Shown here piece after piece: positions 1-12,340 of a stretch of 64,000 nucleotides of DNA (position 1 is its first letter; every line of letters starts with the position of its first letter). The notes beneath the pieces were generated by a model. That model was given only the letters and a program-made list of their open reading frames with translations. It searched no databases and was not told the origin of the DNA. A program made the position numbers and the translations under genes. The stretch is from the human T2T-CHM13v2.0 reference genome, Homo sapiens. Location of the stretch: the NCBI RefSeq assembly GCF_009914755.1, contig NC_060932.1; one strand, written 5' to 3'.

Positions 1-37
1 AATGGCCAAAACCACAATTACTTTTGCACCAACCTAA
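1..37. mobile_element. MADE1/Hsmar1 mariner terminal inverted repeat, right end; element cut by the window edge
   Basis: aatggccaaaaccacaattacttttgcaccaacctaa matches the MADE1 right arm and is followed by the TA target duplication at 38-39. Confidence 0.9.
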
Positions 38-361
38 TATATCCTCCACTGTAGAATGCTAACAGGCTGCTGGCTCACCTAGTAGGCCAGAGAGACTTCC
101 CAGAGTGTTTGAGGATGGAGACAAAAGATGAGGTCAGCATAGCTCTTGGTTGTCACTTGGTGAATCCTGAATAGATGATTGCAGGTAACTGATTATCAGT
201 CTTCTCTTTTAATTTCACTGTTTGCTTTGTACATTGTTCAAAAAAGGAATTTGGGGGAAAGAAGGTTTTTGATTAAAAAGTCCGGTGTGATTACAGGGAA
301 TTGACACATGGAAACATGACCTTAATGCTCTTGTCATCATGATTGCTGATTTGAGTGAGTG

Positions 362-550
362 AAAGGCAGTCTAGTCCAGTGGTTGCAGACTTAAATAACT
401 GGATATGAATCCTTGATATGTAGATGGACAACCCTGCAATGTTGTGTAGACCAGTTCTCTTTTCTGGGCCTTGATTTCTTCATGTGTAAACTGAAGAAGT
501 TGGATGAGATGATCTTTAAAATCCCTTTTAACAATACATTTTGTGGTTCT
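362..550 (+). mobile_element. MIR/MIR3 SINE relic
   Basis: Core-like ctgggccttgatttcttcatgtgtaaactga and MIR3-type 3' end gatgatctttaaaatcccttt. Confidence 0.6.
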
Positions 551-3029
551 TTAACTTTATTCTTCAATAGTAAATGTAAAGAAACAAGAAACCTCTTTTA
601 CCTGTATCCCAAATACCGAAATTACCTGATATCTTTGTAGATAACTGAGAATATGGTGACAAGATTAGGGCTATTTACCCCATGTAACTTTTCTAAGTGT
701 CAGGTTTCTGCATTCATGAATTGATAATTATATCTGGATTTACTACCTAGTTAGCGCTTCTTTTCAGATAATATAATGATTTTAAAATGTGACCCTTTTT
801 GAATGATATAATGTAAGAAATTCTGAGGCAGAGAAGTTGTAAACAGCAAAGATGCCTTAGATACTCACCTGATCTTTAAGTACAGAGATTACCTTTTTTG
901 TTTTTTTCTTTTGTAATTGAAAAAAATTACTAGAAATGCCGTGTTCCTTAGTAATTATCAGCAAAATGCAACAAAAACTCCAGCAAAGACATGAAGATTT
1001 GAGCACAACAAACCTGTTGCTTGTGATTTCTACTGAATCACTGTTCTGTTTTGTTATATGAATAGGCACAACTTTATCCCTTTGTGGTCAGTTATATCAG
1101 AATCCTATTTTATGCAGACCAGAAAAATTAATATTCATGCATAATTATGAAGACTAGTTGGAAGTTTTTCCCCATTTCTATTATATCTGGGTCTATTTTT
1201 ATAGTAACTAGTAAAGGATGAATATACTTATGAAAATTAATCTCTTTTAGGATCTAACAATGAATGAAGCACATGAATTGCTACTTGTTATTTTTGTGTA
1301 ATTATAAGCATAGAAAGATTCTGTTTTACTGTAGGGAAAGCAGTAATTATTCTGTTTTGCAGAAGTATGCACTCTCATGTTCAAGAATAGGAAAAAAAAG
1401 ATGGAACAGCTGTTTTATTAAATTACCATCTTCTTCATCCTTTCCTATATTAATCCTCACTCTTTCAATATCTCTTTTTATTCTCCAAATGCTTATAATC
1501 TTTTTATTTGAATGTTCCCCTGTGTTACATTTTGATTTGGCCAAGCAGATGAATTACAAATGAAGTTCATGAAAAAGTCTATTGCTCTTAAGGGATATTA
1601 ATTTCTTTCAGACTGAGATACACCATTAATATCTTCTTTTTCCTCCTATGGAAAAAGAAGTTCCTGAGACCTTACCGCTTCTTCTCCATTGCATTTGATT
1701 TTAGTATAAAGAACAATGGCTTGCATTATAACACTGTGAAGGCTTCTCCAACTTGTTCTTGGTTCTGGACATTTAGTTTCTCTGTTTAATGTAAGGGTGG
1801 TTTAATATTTCAGCACTACAGAAGTCAAGGACTTGTAAGCTGATTGATTTGGAAAGGATAGAGTTCAAAATGTACTGAGGATATATATATCCTCACATGA
1901 CTGGTAAACCCAAAGTTGAAGACTTTTTTTAAAAAAAGGGTTAATAAAAGGGAACAATGACAATGCCTATGTATCAGTCAAATGGTTAGCCAATTAGTTA
2001 ACGCGTTGAGTGAAGCCAGATGATTGGCTGCCTAAAACAAATTAGGTATGTTTGACATCAGAAAAACATAAAGTTTGGCTTGGGAATGTGAGGAGGCAGT
2101 TGAAGATCATTACACTTATAGAATAGCCAAAGTAGCCGATTATTATTTTCTTTTCTTGCAGGTGTAGGGGGAAATTGATGAGGCATTAATTAATTTTTAA
2201 TTCAGTAAAGTTTAACAAATTTTTATTGAATACTCATATTGAATATCTATATTTTACCAAATACCCATATTGAATACCTTTTATTGCTTACCTATTGTGT
2301 TCTAATTCCTTTGCTAATCACTAGAGTTGAGTAATGTTTACATCAAATAAAGTACAGCTGAATTTTTGTTTCAAACAAATTAATTTTGTTTGAAGAGGTC
2401 AAGGGAAGTTGTTACACGGAGCAAAGATGTCAAGTATGTAATCACACTATTATCCACTTTATTCCACCCAGACTTATATGTCTGTCCTTGCATGGTTCAA
2501 ATTCACTGAGCAACTAGAATCCATTATGTCATTATTTCCTCCCAGTTGAAACAAGTGCTGATGTGAGCCTATTTTTGCTGGACAGCCTATATCAGGTGAC
2601 ATTGTGTAGGAGAGTTTATTATTTTAGGATGATGCAAATAGTTAAATCCATAATCAAACATTGGTGGAACCACACCTAAGGAGAAAGCTGGACTCTGCTC
2701 CCTTCCTGTTTCCAAACATTCAAGGCCATTTAATGGTCTAAGTCTAAACATGCCAGAAAAGGAGTCCTTTCCCCTGTGAACGCATCACAATAATCTAATC
2801 TTTCCCAAGCACATTTTTAATTCATTTTTTATAAACTTCTCTCTCATACTGAAAACAAAATTTGTTGCTGCTGTTGTGGCTTAGTCAGAGAAAAGCATTT
2901 AAGGAAATGCTTATCCTGTTTTGTATAATCTGTTCTACTCTATTCAGAGCCATTTTATTTTATTGTGCTCACTCTTGGAGTATAATAGAGACAAAGATAT
3001 TACTGCTACACTGGATTTACAGATGTTCA

Positions 3030-3650
3030 GTCATGACTCCTGCTTGACAGGAGTTTACAATTACAATGTAATGTGGATGTGGAGACCTGCAAACACATAC
3101 AACAATACAAGCAAAGAGAAATAGACACTCTTAGAGAGGTACACAATGCTTTAGGAGTGATGAATTTCCTCAGAGTGATCAGAGAAACCCTCCTACTGAG
3201 TAGTATTTGAGTTTCCTTTGAAGGATAACAGTTTCTTTTTAATTCTCCAATTTTTCATATGTGCAGGTGCGAGAAGCACTGACCAGGTGGGAGACATTTC
3301 TGTGAGTGGGCTGAACAAACATTTTTGGTATAAGTTGCCATTGAGGACATTTTTCAGAGGTCAAGTCTCCTGTGGCTGAAGTTCAGGAAGCATGAGATGA
3401 TTTTGTTGAGGGGGCTAGAGAAGTACATTGGGAATATATTGTGGTAGATTTTTCCTATAGTCCATGGGTAGTTCTTGAGTTGTGTAGGAAAAGGATCTGT
3501 CCTGGCAGCAATGTGAATATTGGATCCAATTGTTAAAAAATTAGAGGCAGGGAAAATCATTGCATTAGTGCTTGGAAGTGGTGATTAGGGCTTAAGATTG
3601 GAGAGATTGAATGCAAGTTAAGAAAAGAGATGTGGGAACCAAGAAACTAT
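3030..3650 (-). mobile_element. LINE-2 relic
   Basis: Degenerate match to the L2 3' region (ggagtttaca...gatcagagaaaccctc...atttgagt); an L2 tail-like piece also lies at about 2200-2330. Confidence 0.5.
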
Positions 3651-3854
3651 AAGTATGTGTAGCAACGCTTTCTAGAAATAGTCAAGAAATTTAAGGCTAT
3701 CCAATTTTGTGATGAAGTTCCTCTCCTTGAATTTGTACCTTTGATGGTGGTGGAGAGTGTTATGTTCCAGGAGACTTTGATTTACATTAGAAATATGAAT
3801 CATTCTCCACTTGTGTACAAATTGTAGCCAAATACAGTATTTTTCTCTTCACAT

Positions 3855-4330
3855 ATATGTTTGTTTTGATACCTACTTTTAAACAACAGAGTTCTCTCTG
3901 GCTTGTTTAATTTGTTTTTTTTAAAACGAATTCATTAAAGTCCATTTGGAAGGTACAGAGAGATGGACTCTGAAGCTTTGAAACCAGGCACAGTGTAGGA
4001 CCACATGGGAGGATCTCCTCAGGGACACGGCTGCCTAGCTCCTTACACTCAGAACAGAATGCAGAGCATCCAACTAACTACCATTTCTGAAGCACCAGGT
4101 GTTTCTGTTCCAAGCCTGATACAGATCAGGTACCCTGAATGAAGCTTCTGTAGATCATTGCTCCATTTCAAATTCAAGTCTTATATGGTTGTGTCTGATT
4201 TGCAGGACATAGGTCACATGTCTGCATCTGCACTGAAAGGATACGTTCTGAATTCTATCCCAGAGAAGCAGGATTCTAACATGGAAAATGATTAAAATAT
4301 AAGCAGGCTGTTCAAAATACATAATGCTAT
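3855..4330 (-). mobile_element. Old MaLR LTR (MLT1K/L-like)
   Basis: tctgatttgcaggacataggtcacatgtc motif and caacagagttctctctggct start are typical of old MLT1 LTRs. Confidence 0.5.
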
Positions 4331-4500
4331 TATATGTTAGTAATCCATAAATACTATTATCTATTAGTAATTCACAAGTAAAAGATATCTATTACACTCA
4401 TTAGAATTCACCATTATTAGGCAATATTCTTTTTCACTTTTGGAAAAATTGAAATGGCTCTTCTATGGATATTTTATTAAATGCAATACCTCTCATAAAT

Positions 4501-6472
4501 ATTATTAATCAATTTTTGTTAGGTTGGGTTGTGATAAAAATGATCCTAGCACATTAGTGGCTTCACACACCCAAGTTTTCTTTTTTCCTTAAGTTACATC
4601 ATCATCTTTGTGGTCATCTGTAATTCTCGTACTGTTGGCTTCTGGATGGCTGAAATTCTGTTTCACAAGTTTTCCCATTGTTTGACTCAGTCTAAGGAGC
4701 TGTCAGTATCTTGGACATGATGTTCCCATGGAAGAGAAAAAAAAAGAAAAACAAAAAACAAAAAACAACCATATAATGACTCTAAAGGCTTCTGCTTGGA
4801 TGTGGCTTGCATTACTGCTGATTTCACTGGTGAAAAATAAGTGAAATGGTGAAGCTTTATATCATTTTAGTAGAAAAATATATTCTTACAGACAGGGCAG
4901 TGAACAAATGGCAATAATAACAAACTATCCCAATCTTCCTTAATAATTTCAAAAATATATTTTCTGATCTTACTTAAAAATCACTGTCTACAAAAAATAT
5001 CCATCAAAAGTTGTTTTCAATCAAAGCAACTGGCCTAAACAGAGAGTATTGTAATAATCTGTATCTCATATTCTGATGAAACTTTCTTTGAGACCCATGA
5101 ACAAAAATATCTTTGTGCGAACCTACTATTGTAGGATTGTGGGCTACATATAAAATAAACAAGGCAACATCAAGTTAAGAAGGTAGCAAATTGGAAGTAT
5201 ACAGAATTCACTGATCCGTAGCAATTTTGAAATCTTACTGGGTAGATAATGAGAATACCTCCTGTAAGAAGGTGATTTTTTAAAAGCAAAATCAATTTTT
5301 AAAAATCTAGATTTTGATCCTTAAAAGCAGTTTCTTAGTCCCTTTTACTGCTTGGCTCTGACCCCATTTATTAGAATGTTCTTCCTTTTCTGTTGTCTTT
5401 CTTAGCCACATCTAAGCAAGGCATTATTGTGCCTTCCTTAGTGGCTTAACAGATTTCTCATCCTACTTTTTGATGACAATATCAGGAGGTAGCAAAGATC
5501 ATTTTAAGCCTCAAATGGTCAGTCTCTTTTAATCCAGATTTTTGGCTCTTTTAGAATTACAAATATTTAAAAAATATTATTCTAGGAAGCCATATACAAA
5601 ATCCTTTTTGAAACACATCTCTATACCGCTCTAGATTTACTTACAAGTAGCTTGAGCTTATTATGTGTATATGGGAGACTCACAGCTTTCAAGTCTTTTT
5701 TATGAGCACTTTTATCCACCTGAAACATTTTAATAGGCATAACCTTAATTGAGAGGTTACAGATATGGGCATTATTTTGTCACCCTTCAATTGGGCCATC
5801 TGTCTATCTTATCTGATTTCTCTATCTGTCTATCTATCTATTTACACACACGTTTAATAGTACTTTTTCAAATGCAAATAATAGCAGCTAAGTCAAACAG
5901 AATGTTCCCAAGTTATTTACAGATAGCAAGTTATTATTGCATATAGGAGCCATCATTTTCCCAGTTTCCAGTAAGTTTCTTTCTCATTTAGAGGTTTAAG
6001 GGGGCTTTAAACAAATTTCCCCCATTTAGCATTCCTGTCATGCAGTACATTACCCTGGACAATTGTTTCTGTACTAGTCAGCTTTTTAAGATTATGCTGT
6101 ATAACAAACAATTCTTAAATATCAGTGGCTTCATATAATAAAGATTTAATTCCTGTGCATAAATCTGTTTAGTTGCCTGTATCTCTACAATTGCCAATTA
6201 TAAATTGACTAGAGTTATACTTCACAAGTCTGCATTCAGAATTCCAGAATTGAAAGGGAAATTTCACAACATTTTTGAAGAGATAGGAAAAAAGCAATGA
6301 TGAAATTACCTGATGGTTCTTCAGGTGTCTGCTTAGATGTGGCTTATGTCACTTACATATTTCTACTGCCAAAGTAAGTAAGATGACCCAGGCTGGTAGT
6401 CATGAGGGAGAAGCATAAAATCTTTTTATAGGGAAGGCAGTAAATAATTAAAAAATAATATAATTTGCCACA
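4501..6472 (-). mobile_element. Complete MLT1J-type MaLR provirus: LTR 4501-4932, internal 4933-6069, LTR 6070-6472
   Basis: Two homologous LTRs in the same orientation (tctgctt(g/a)gatgtggctt shared; ends ctatccca and ttgccaca); internal motif cactgatccgtagcaattttgaaatcttactggg; flanks taaat and tacat. Confidence 0.75.
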
Positions 6473-6789
6473 TACATTAAATTTCTGGTACCCACTTTTT
6501 ATTTCTCTATTCGTTTTGCCATGTTAATTTGTTCTTGGTAAAATATTAATTGACATATGAAGGTTAGTTTATTTGAGCAAATGCATAACAGGATCTGAAC
6601 ATAATGCCCATGGCCTATCTCAATGTATATGTAAGAAAACTATTAATCTGATTTTCACAAGTCTTATAAAATTATTCAGGAGGAATTGATCAAGTGATGT
6701 AATTTTTTTTCAGAAACAGTGTTATTTGAAAAAAGTGTATTACATCCAAAAGTAACTATTTTGAACTATTAATAATAAAAAGGCAATTA

Positions 6790-6960
6790 TAGTAGCCAGT
6801 TTCTCTTGAGCACTTCCAATTCCAGATACTGTCTTTAATTTTAACTCAGTTTTATTTTAAAATAAGGATACTGAAGTTTGACCAAGGACCTGTAGCTAGG
6901 AGGCAAGAACAGGAATATACAAGTCAGTTCTCTCTGACTTGAGACCAGTTCTTGGTCATT
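6790..6960 (-). mobile_element. MIR relic
   Basis: ttgagcactt...attttaaaataaggatactgaag...ctgacttgaga resembles antisense MIR. Confidence 0.5.
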
Positions 6961-7888
6961 AATTTTGAATACACAAGTTGTATAGATATGTCCTTATTTT
7001 ATGTAAATTTTAGATCTATATGTTGAAGCGGTATAAAATGGAGTGATCAACAGTGGGTTGTGCTTGGTTAGGGTATAATTCATCTGGTGGGAGAGTTTTG
7101 AATCCATGCTGACAACAGAAATTCCTCCCCTCTAGGTGAGCAAGAAACTTAGAAGCACACATGAAAATGTCTTTAGACCTTACTTTAAAACTATCATCTA
7201 TACAAAGAATTGTATATGAAAATTCTGCCCAGGCCTGGGAGGCACAAAAGGAAAAAGATATGATGGTCTCACAGCCATTGCTACACTCTTATGGTTGCAT
7301 CTCATATTGCTCTGGAGAAGCACACATGGAGCATCTGGCAGTGGTCTGGGGTCTGGGACTCCTGCCTTGTTCAAGCTGAACCCTAGAGAGCCAGTGTTGG
7401 CAGAAGATAAGTGAATCACTTTGCAGACAGATGCTATTGCACAATGATTTACATCTATAACACTCAGGTTTCTGGTGATTTAATAGAAAAATGGAATACT
7501 GGAGACTTTATTTAACATCTGCTCTCAACCAGGTAGAAAAGCCTCCAGGAAAGGCATAGCATCCTCTATGTTCACCTGATCCTAAGACCCAAAATAGCAG
7601 ATTTCAAGATAGAAGAAACAATTCTAAAAAGGCCTATGAACAAGCTTTTTGGCCCTCTTTATTACTCCTTAGTTGGCTGCTTTGCTGAAGTCAGTTGAAA
7701 TTTTCTTATAAACCCAGTTATGATTTATCATTTGCCTGGCATTCCAAGCATGTCAACCTGGAACTCTTTCTAAGCCTGAGAAGGGGAGAATTGGTAGAGA
7801 TTCCTTTTGGGTAGTCATCGTGGAGTCAGTGGGATGAGACGAGAGCCAACTAAATTATATTAAAATGAAGTCTGGAGTCAATCTCAGC

Positions 7889-7956
7889 TGTGTGTGTGTG
7901 TGTATGTTTGTTTAGAGAGGGGGAGGGAGAGAGAAAGTGAAGAGAGAGAGAGAGAT
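7889..7956. repeat. (TG)n followed by (GA)n simple repeats
   Basis: Directly visible. Confidence 0.85.
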
Positions 7957-8712
7957 TATGCAAATAAAATTGAGGAAAATGTAAATTTTACTTTATATTT
8001 CATTGTCATGGATAAAAATAAGAAATCATACTTGAACTGTACTTTTTGAAATTCAATAAAATGAAGGTAGCTTGTTTAAATTTAAGCACAAGAACAGAGA
8101 AAATCACTGGTAAAATACAGAGATTTTTTTTAAAAAGAATAAAACCTGCATTTAAAATAATTCCAAACAATAGAAAAGAAGTTAGTACTATAAAGGTATA
8201 TACCTATCTGTAATTTATAATCATGACAGGAAGAAATTTAAACTTAACATCCGAAAACTGAAAAGGCAAGAAAATTAGAATATATTGTTATACTATAAAG
8301 CAGTATGTATGTAGCTCTTTAGAAACTTGGAAAATAATAACATATAAAAAAGTAGAATATTTCATGTACAGTGGATACAACTGTGTAAAAACTGTGTCTT
8401 GTATATTATCAAAATGTTCTTCCAAGCTCATCAAAATGACTGATTGGCTTGGAGTTCTGGTAATATGGCAGTTACATAGAAGAGCAATCTGACGATAATT
8501 TGTAATTGTTGTGCTTGCATCTAGTTTATCAGTAGTGCTTGTATACTACTGTATAATGCTTGTATATTGTTATAGTAGTATGTTGGTAGAATTGCTTCAG
8601 TTATATAACATAAATGTTTTGGAGAAGTTTTCAATTATTTACACCACAAATTACCTTTCAACGCACTGAAAAAAATGTAGTACCTAAGGTGTTTAATGTA
8701 TGAATCAGAGTT

Positions 8713-9202
8713 TGGATGAGTTATCTCTTGCTGCTTAAAAACAACCACAGAATCTCATTATCATCCAAAAATTTTATATATATATATATATGTATGTATG
8801 TATGTGGGGGGGGGGAAGTATATGTGTGTGTGTATCATATATATGTATGTGTGTGTGTATGTGTGTGCACGCATGTGTGTGTGTGTATATACAGATATTT
8901 ACTCATGAATTTGCAGGGTGGCTGGGATGATTGCTTCACACTCTAGATATAAAGGTCAATCAGTGGCTCTTACGTATCTGTCATCCTTTTTGGGCCAGTG
9001 GGATAGCCACATTATGTTCTTTTCATATTGATGGCATGAGCACATAAACATCCATTGGCCAAAGTAAGTCAAGTAGATGAGCCCAAAGTCAAGTATTGGA
9101 GAATACTTATTTACTTTAGGTATAAGAAACCATATTTTATATTAAAAGATATAGATACAGGGATAGGTCAATAACTTGGGCAAATAATTTGATCTTCCTC
9201 AA
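8713..9202 (-). mobile_element. MLT1H/G-type MaLR LTR containing a (TA)/(TG) microsatellite at about 8776-8892
   Basis: gttatctcttgctgc start, catccattggccaaagtaagtca, and gatacagggataggtcaataacttggggc end. Confidence 0.7.
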
Positions 9203-9384
9203 AGTCCTAGGTCATGAACACTTTGGAGTCACTCATTTATCTGAGAGAGCAGTTTTCTTTCTTTTAAAATTACAAAGTTTTTTAAATATGCCTCAAATTT
9301 GCATAATGCAGAAGTATGATATTCTATTAGGGGATTTTTTTTTCTGGTTCAGAAAAAGTTCATGTGCCTCTTGGGGTTGATAAC

Positions 9385-9932
9385 CTTTAGGTTTGTGGGT
9401 AACCACTCAAAATCCTAGAGTTAGTATATAGATTATTTTAAGTTGGAGACATCAGTGATTCGACAGATGCAGAAAGAAGCCTTCTTGGCATTTCCCTTAC
9501 GTGACTAAAAACAGAAGCTTCTGGGAACATAGCTGCCATAAATTCTCTTTTCTGGTTCGATTTTATTCCCAGGAAGGTGACCGAGATTAAACCAACCACA
9601 AATCCCCTGTTGGGGAAGATGTGTCTCCATGAAGAAGACAGAAAGAATTTTCAGACTTGCATGAACAAGCAGTACCATAAACTTTATTATTTCTATTTGT
9701 TCTTATAAAAACCCATTTGTTCTTCTCATGGGGACCTCTTTTGTCTTTCTTCCTTTCTTTACTAAGAAAGATATATAAACCTCTAACCATTTATCAAGCT
9801 ACTTATTTTGTAAGCTATAGTACACATGCAAATAAACTTTTTTTCTCCTGTTAGTCTGACTTTTGCCAGTTTAATTTACAGACCCTCAGCTACTGAACAT
9901 AAATGCATGGAGAAAAAGTTTTTTTCTCTACA
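9385..9932 (+). mobile_element. MER34-family ERV1 solo LTR
   Basis: gattattttaagttgg near the 5' end; tatataaa and aataaa signals; 3' end agctactgaacataa...ttctctaca. Confidence 0.7.
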
Positions 9933-10970
9933 AAAACATTCTTAAGGCTAATCTTAATTTCTTTAGTGGGGTGTAATTATGCACAAATCCATATGCACAA
10001 TGAACTAAAGCAACACTACTTTCAAAATCAGTCCTGAGATTAAAACACAAAAATTGAAAGAAGGAATGACAGCATTATATTCAGAGATGTCTAAGAAAGT
10101 GAAGCTTTGCTTTGTGAAACCTCAATACCTTCATTTTCTTAAACATCTCTGCATATGATATTGGAGGAGAAAACCGGAAGAAAGTTGATAGGTGAGGTTA
10201 ATTTTATGAAGAGAACACATTCATAAAACCTCAAAGTAAGTAATTGTGGAAACATTCCTTATTGAGAATCTTCATAAAAGCACATGCTTTGAAACTTATA
10301 ATTCTTGTTTAGATAATTTTTTTTTTTTTACCATTTTGAATTTGCCACCAACTTTCAATGGAGAAACTAAAGAAGTTATTTCTGGAAAATTTGTGTTAAT
10401 ATAATGCCAGTAGGACAGACTTGGAATTATTTGAGAAGAGGGGCACTGGCAAACAGATTCACAAAATATGGGTAAAATACTTTAAGGATGGGTATAATGA
10501 GGGTGGATCCAAAACAGTATCTAGAAAATTCTTTCCTGAAAAACTTGAAATCTCCCATTGTTTCTTTCTATCGAAACTAATAGGTGGCTTTCTGTCCTGT
10601 CAGTAAGATTCAGGAATGAAGCATAATGAAAACAAAAAACTCTAAAGGAAAAAAATTGCATTGTTTGTCAGAAATGGAAGATACAATGTGTTGATAAAGA
10701 TTCTAGAACTGGGTAAAAAGAGAATTTGAAATATTATGTGGTTCAAAGCTACTATGATTAGAATTTTAATATCTCCCACCTAGTTAAAAATCACCTTGCT
10801 TTAAAATAACTTTTGAGAAGAAAATTTACAATCTTCTTTGTTCATTTTGACAGAGAGGCAGTGAGGGATGAGAGAAGAACGCAAGACTTAAAATGCAGAC
10901 ACCTAGAATAAGTGCAGACATGCTGTGGGCAAACCACTTAATGGTGTGGTTCATTTCAAAGGTCACTTCG

Positions 10971-11484
10971 TGTATTGTCCATTTTCACACTGCTGATAAA
11001 GACAAATGAGACCGGGCAATTTACAAAAGAAAGAGGTTTACAGTTTCACATGCCTGGGGAGGCCTCACGATCATGGTGGAAGGCAAGGAGGAGCAAGTCA
11101 CATCTTATGTGGATGGCGGTAGGCAAAAAGAGCTTGTGCATGGCAACTCCCATTATTAAAACCATCAGATCTTGTGAGACCTATTCTCTATCATGAGAAC
11201 ATGAACCATTCACTATCATGAGAACCCATTCCCTATCACAAGAGCATGGGAAAGACCCACCCCCATAATTCAGTCATCTCCCACTGGGTCCTTCCCACAT
11301 CACATGGGAATTATGGGAGCTACAAGATGAGATTTGCATGGGGACACAGAGCCAAACCATATCATTCCTCCCTGGCCCCTCCAAAATCTCATATCTTCAC
11401 ATTTCAAAACCAATCATGCCTTCCCAACAGTCCCCCAAAGTCTCAACTCATTTCAGCGTTAACTCAGAAGTCCACAGTCCAAAG
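10971..11484 (-). mobile_element. THE1C-type LTR (10971-11364) plus about 120 bp of THE1 internal sequence (11365-11484)
   Basis: tgtattgtcc...gagccaaaccatatca LTR followed by THE1-int ttcctccctggcccctccaaaatctc...agtccaaag. Confidence 0.9.
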
Positions 11485-11850
11485 CTAAGCAGTGATCTAG
11501 ATCAGAAAATAAAAAAATAGATCACAAATCATATTGGGCTACATTATGCTAAAGGACTGGAAAGTGACAGAAAAATTGTCTGAAATTTGACTTAACTATT
11601 TTCTTGAACAAAGACATGAAAATTTGTTGCAAAATCTTTTGAGGATGTCATGGAAGCAATAACCATTGAGGCAGCAATTAGAGTGATCAGAAGAGCCTAC
11701 CATTAGGTCTTAAACCTCTCAGTAGGTTTTCAGAAACAGCAATGAGCTAGGGAACGTCAGAAAAATCTTACTTGGATAACCGAAAATCATCTTCTACACA
11801 TTTACTTCCCCACAAAGTTTATGTACAAGAACTGTTGTTTAAGCACCCCC

Positions 11851-12340
11851 TTTTTTTAAACTTTTAAGTTCCTGAGTACATGTGCAGGATATGCACATTT
11901 GTTACATAGGTAAATGTGTGCTGTGGTGGTTTGCTGTACAGATCAACTCATCCTCTAGGTATTAAGCCCAGCATCCATTACCTACCTATTCTTCTTGATG
12001 CTCTCCCTCCCCAGCCCCCACAACAGGCCCCAACGTGTGTTGTCCCACATCATGTGTCTGTGTGTTTTCATCATTCAGCTCCCACTTATGAGTGAGAACA
12101 TGTGGTGTTGGTCTTCTGTTCCTGTGTTAGTTTGCTGAGGATAATGGCTTCTAGCTCCATCCATGTTCCTTTTTATGGCTTCATAGGATTCCATGGTGTA
12201 TATATGTACCACATTTTCTTCATCCAGTCTATCATTGATGGGTATTTGAGTTGATTCCCTATCTTTGCTATTGTGAATAGTGCTGCAATGAACATATGTA
12301 TACATGTATCTTTATAATGAAATGAGTCCTATTCCTTTGG
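11851..12340 (-). mobile_element. 5'-truncated older L1PA (about PA10-PA14) 3' end
   Basis: T-tail and L1 3'UTR gtacatgtgcagg...gtattaagcccagcatcc; ORF2 C-terminus FSLISGS in the ORF track. Confidence 0.85.

Noticed and set aside
11050-11062. PRDM9 recombination-hotspot motif in the THE1 LTR
   Set aside because: The minus strand reads CCTCCCCAGGCAT, which fails CCNCCNTNNCCNC at three positions.
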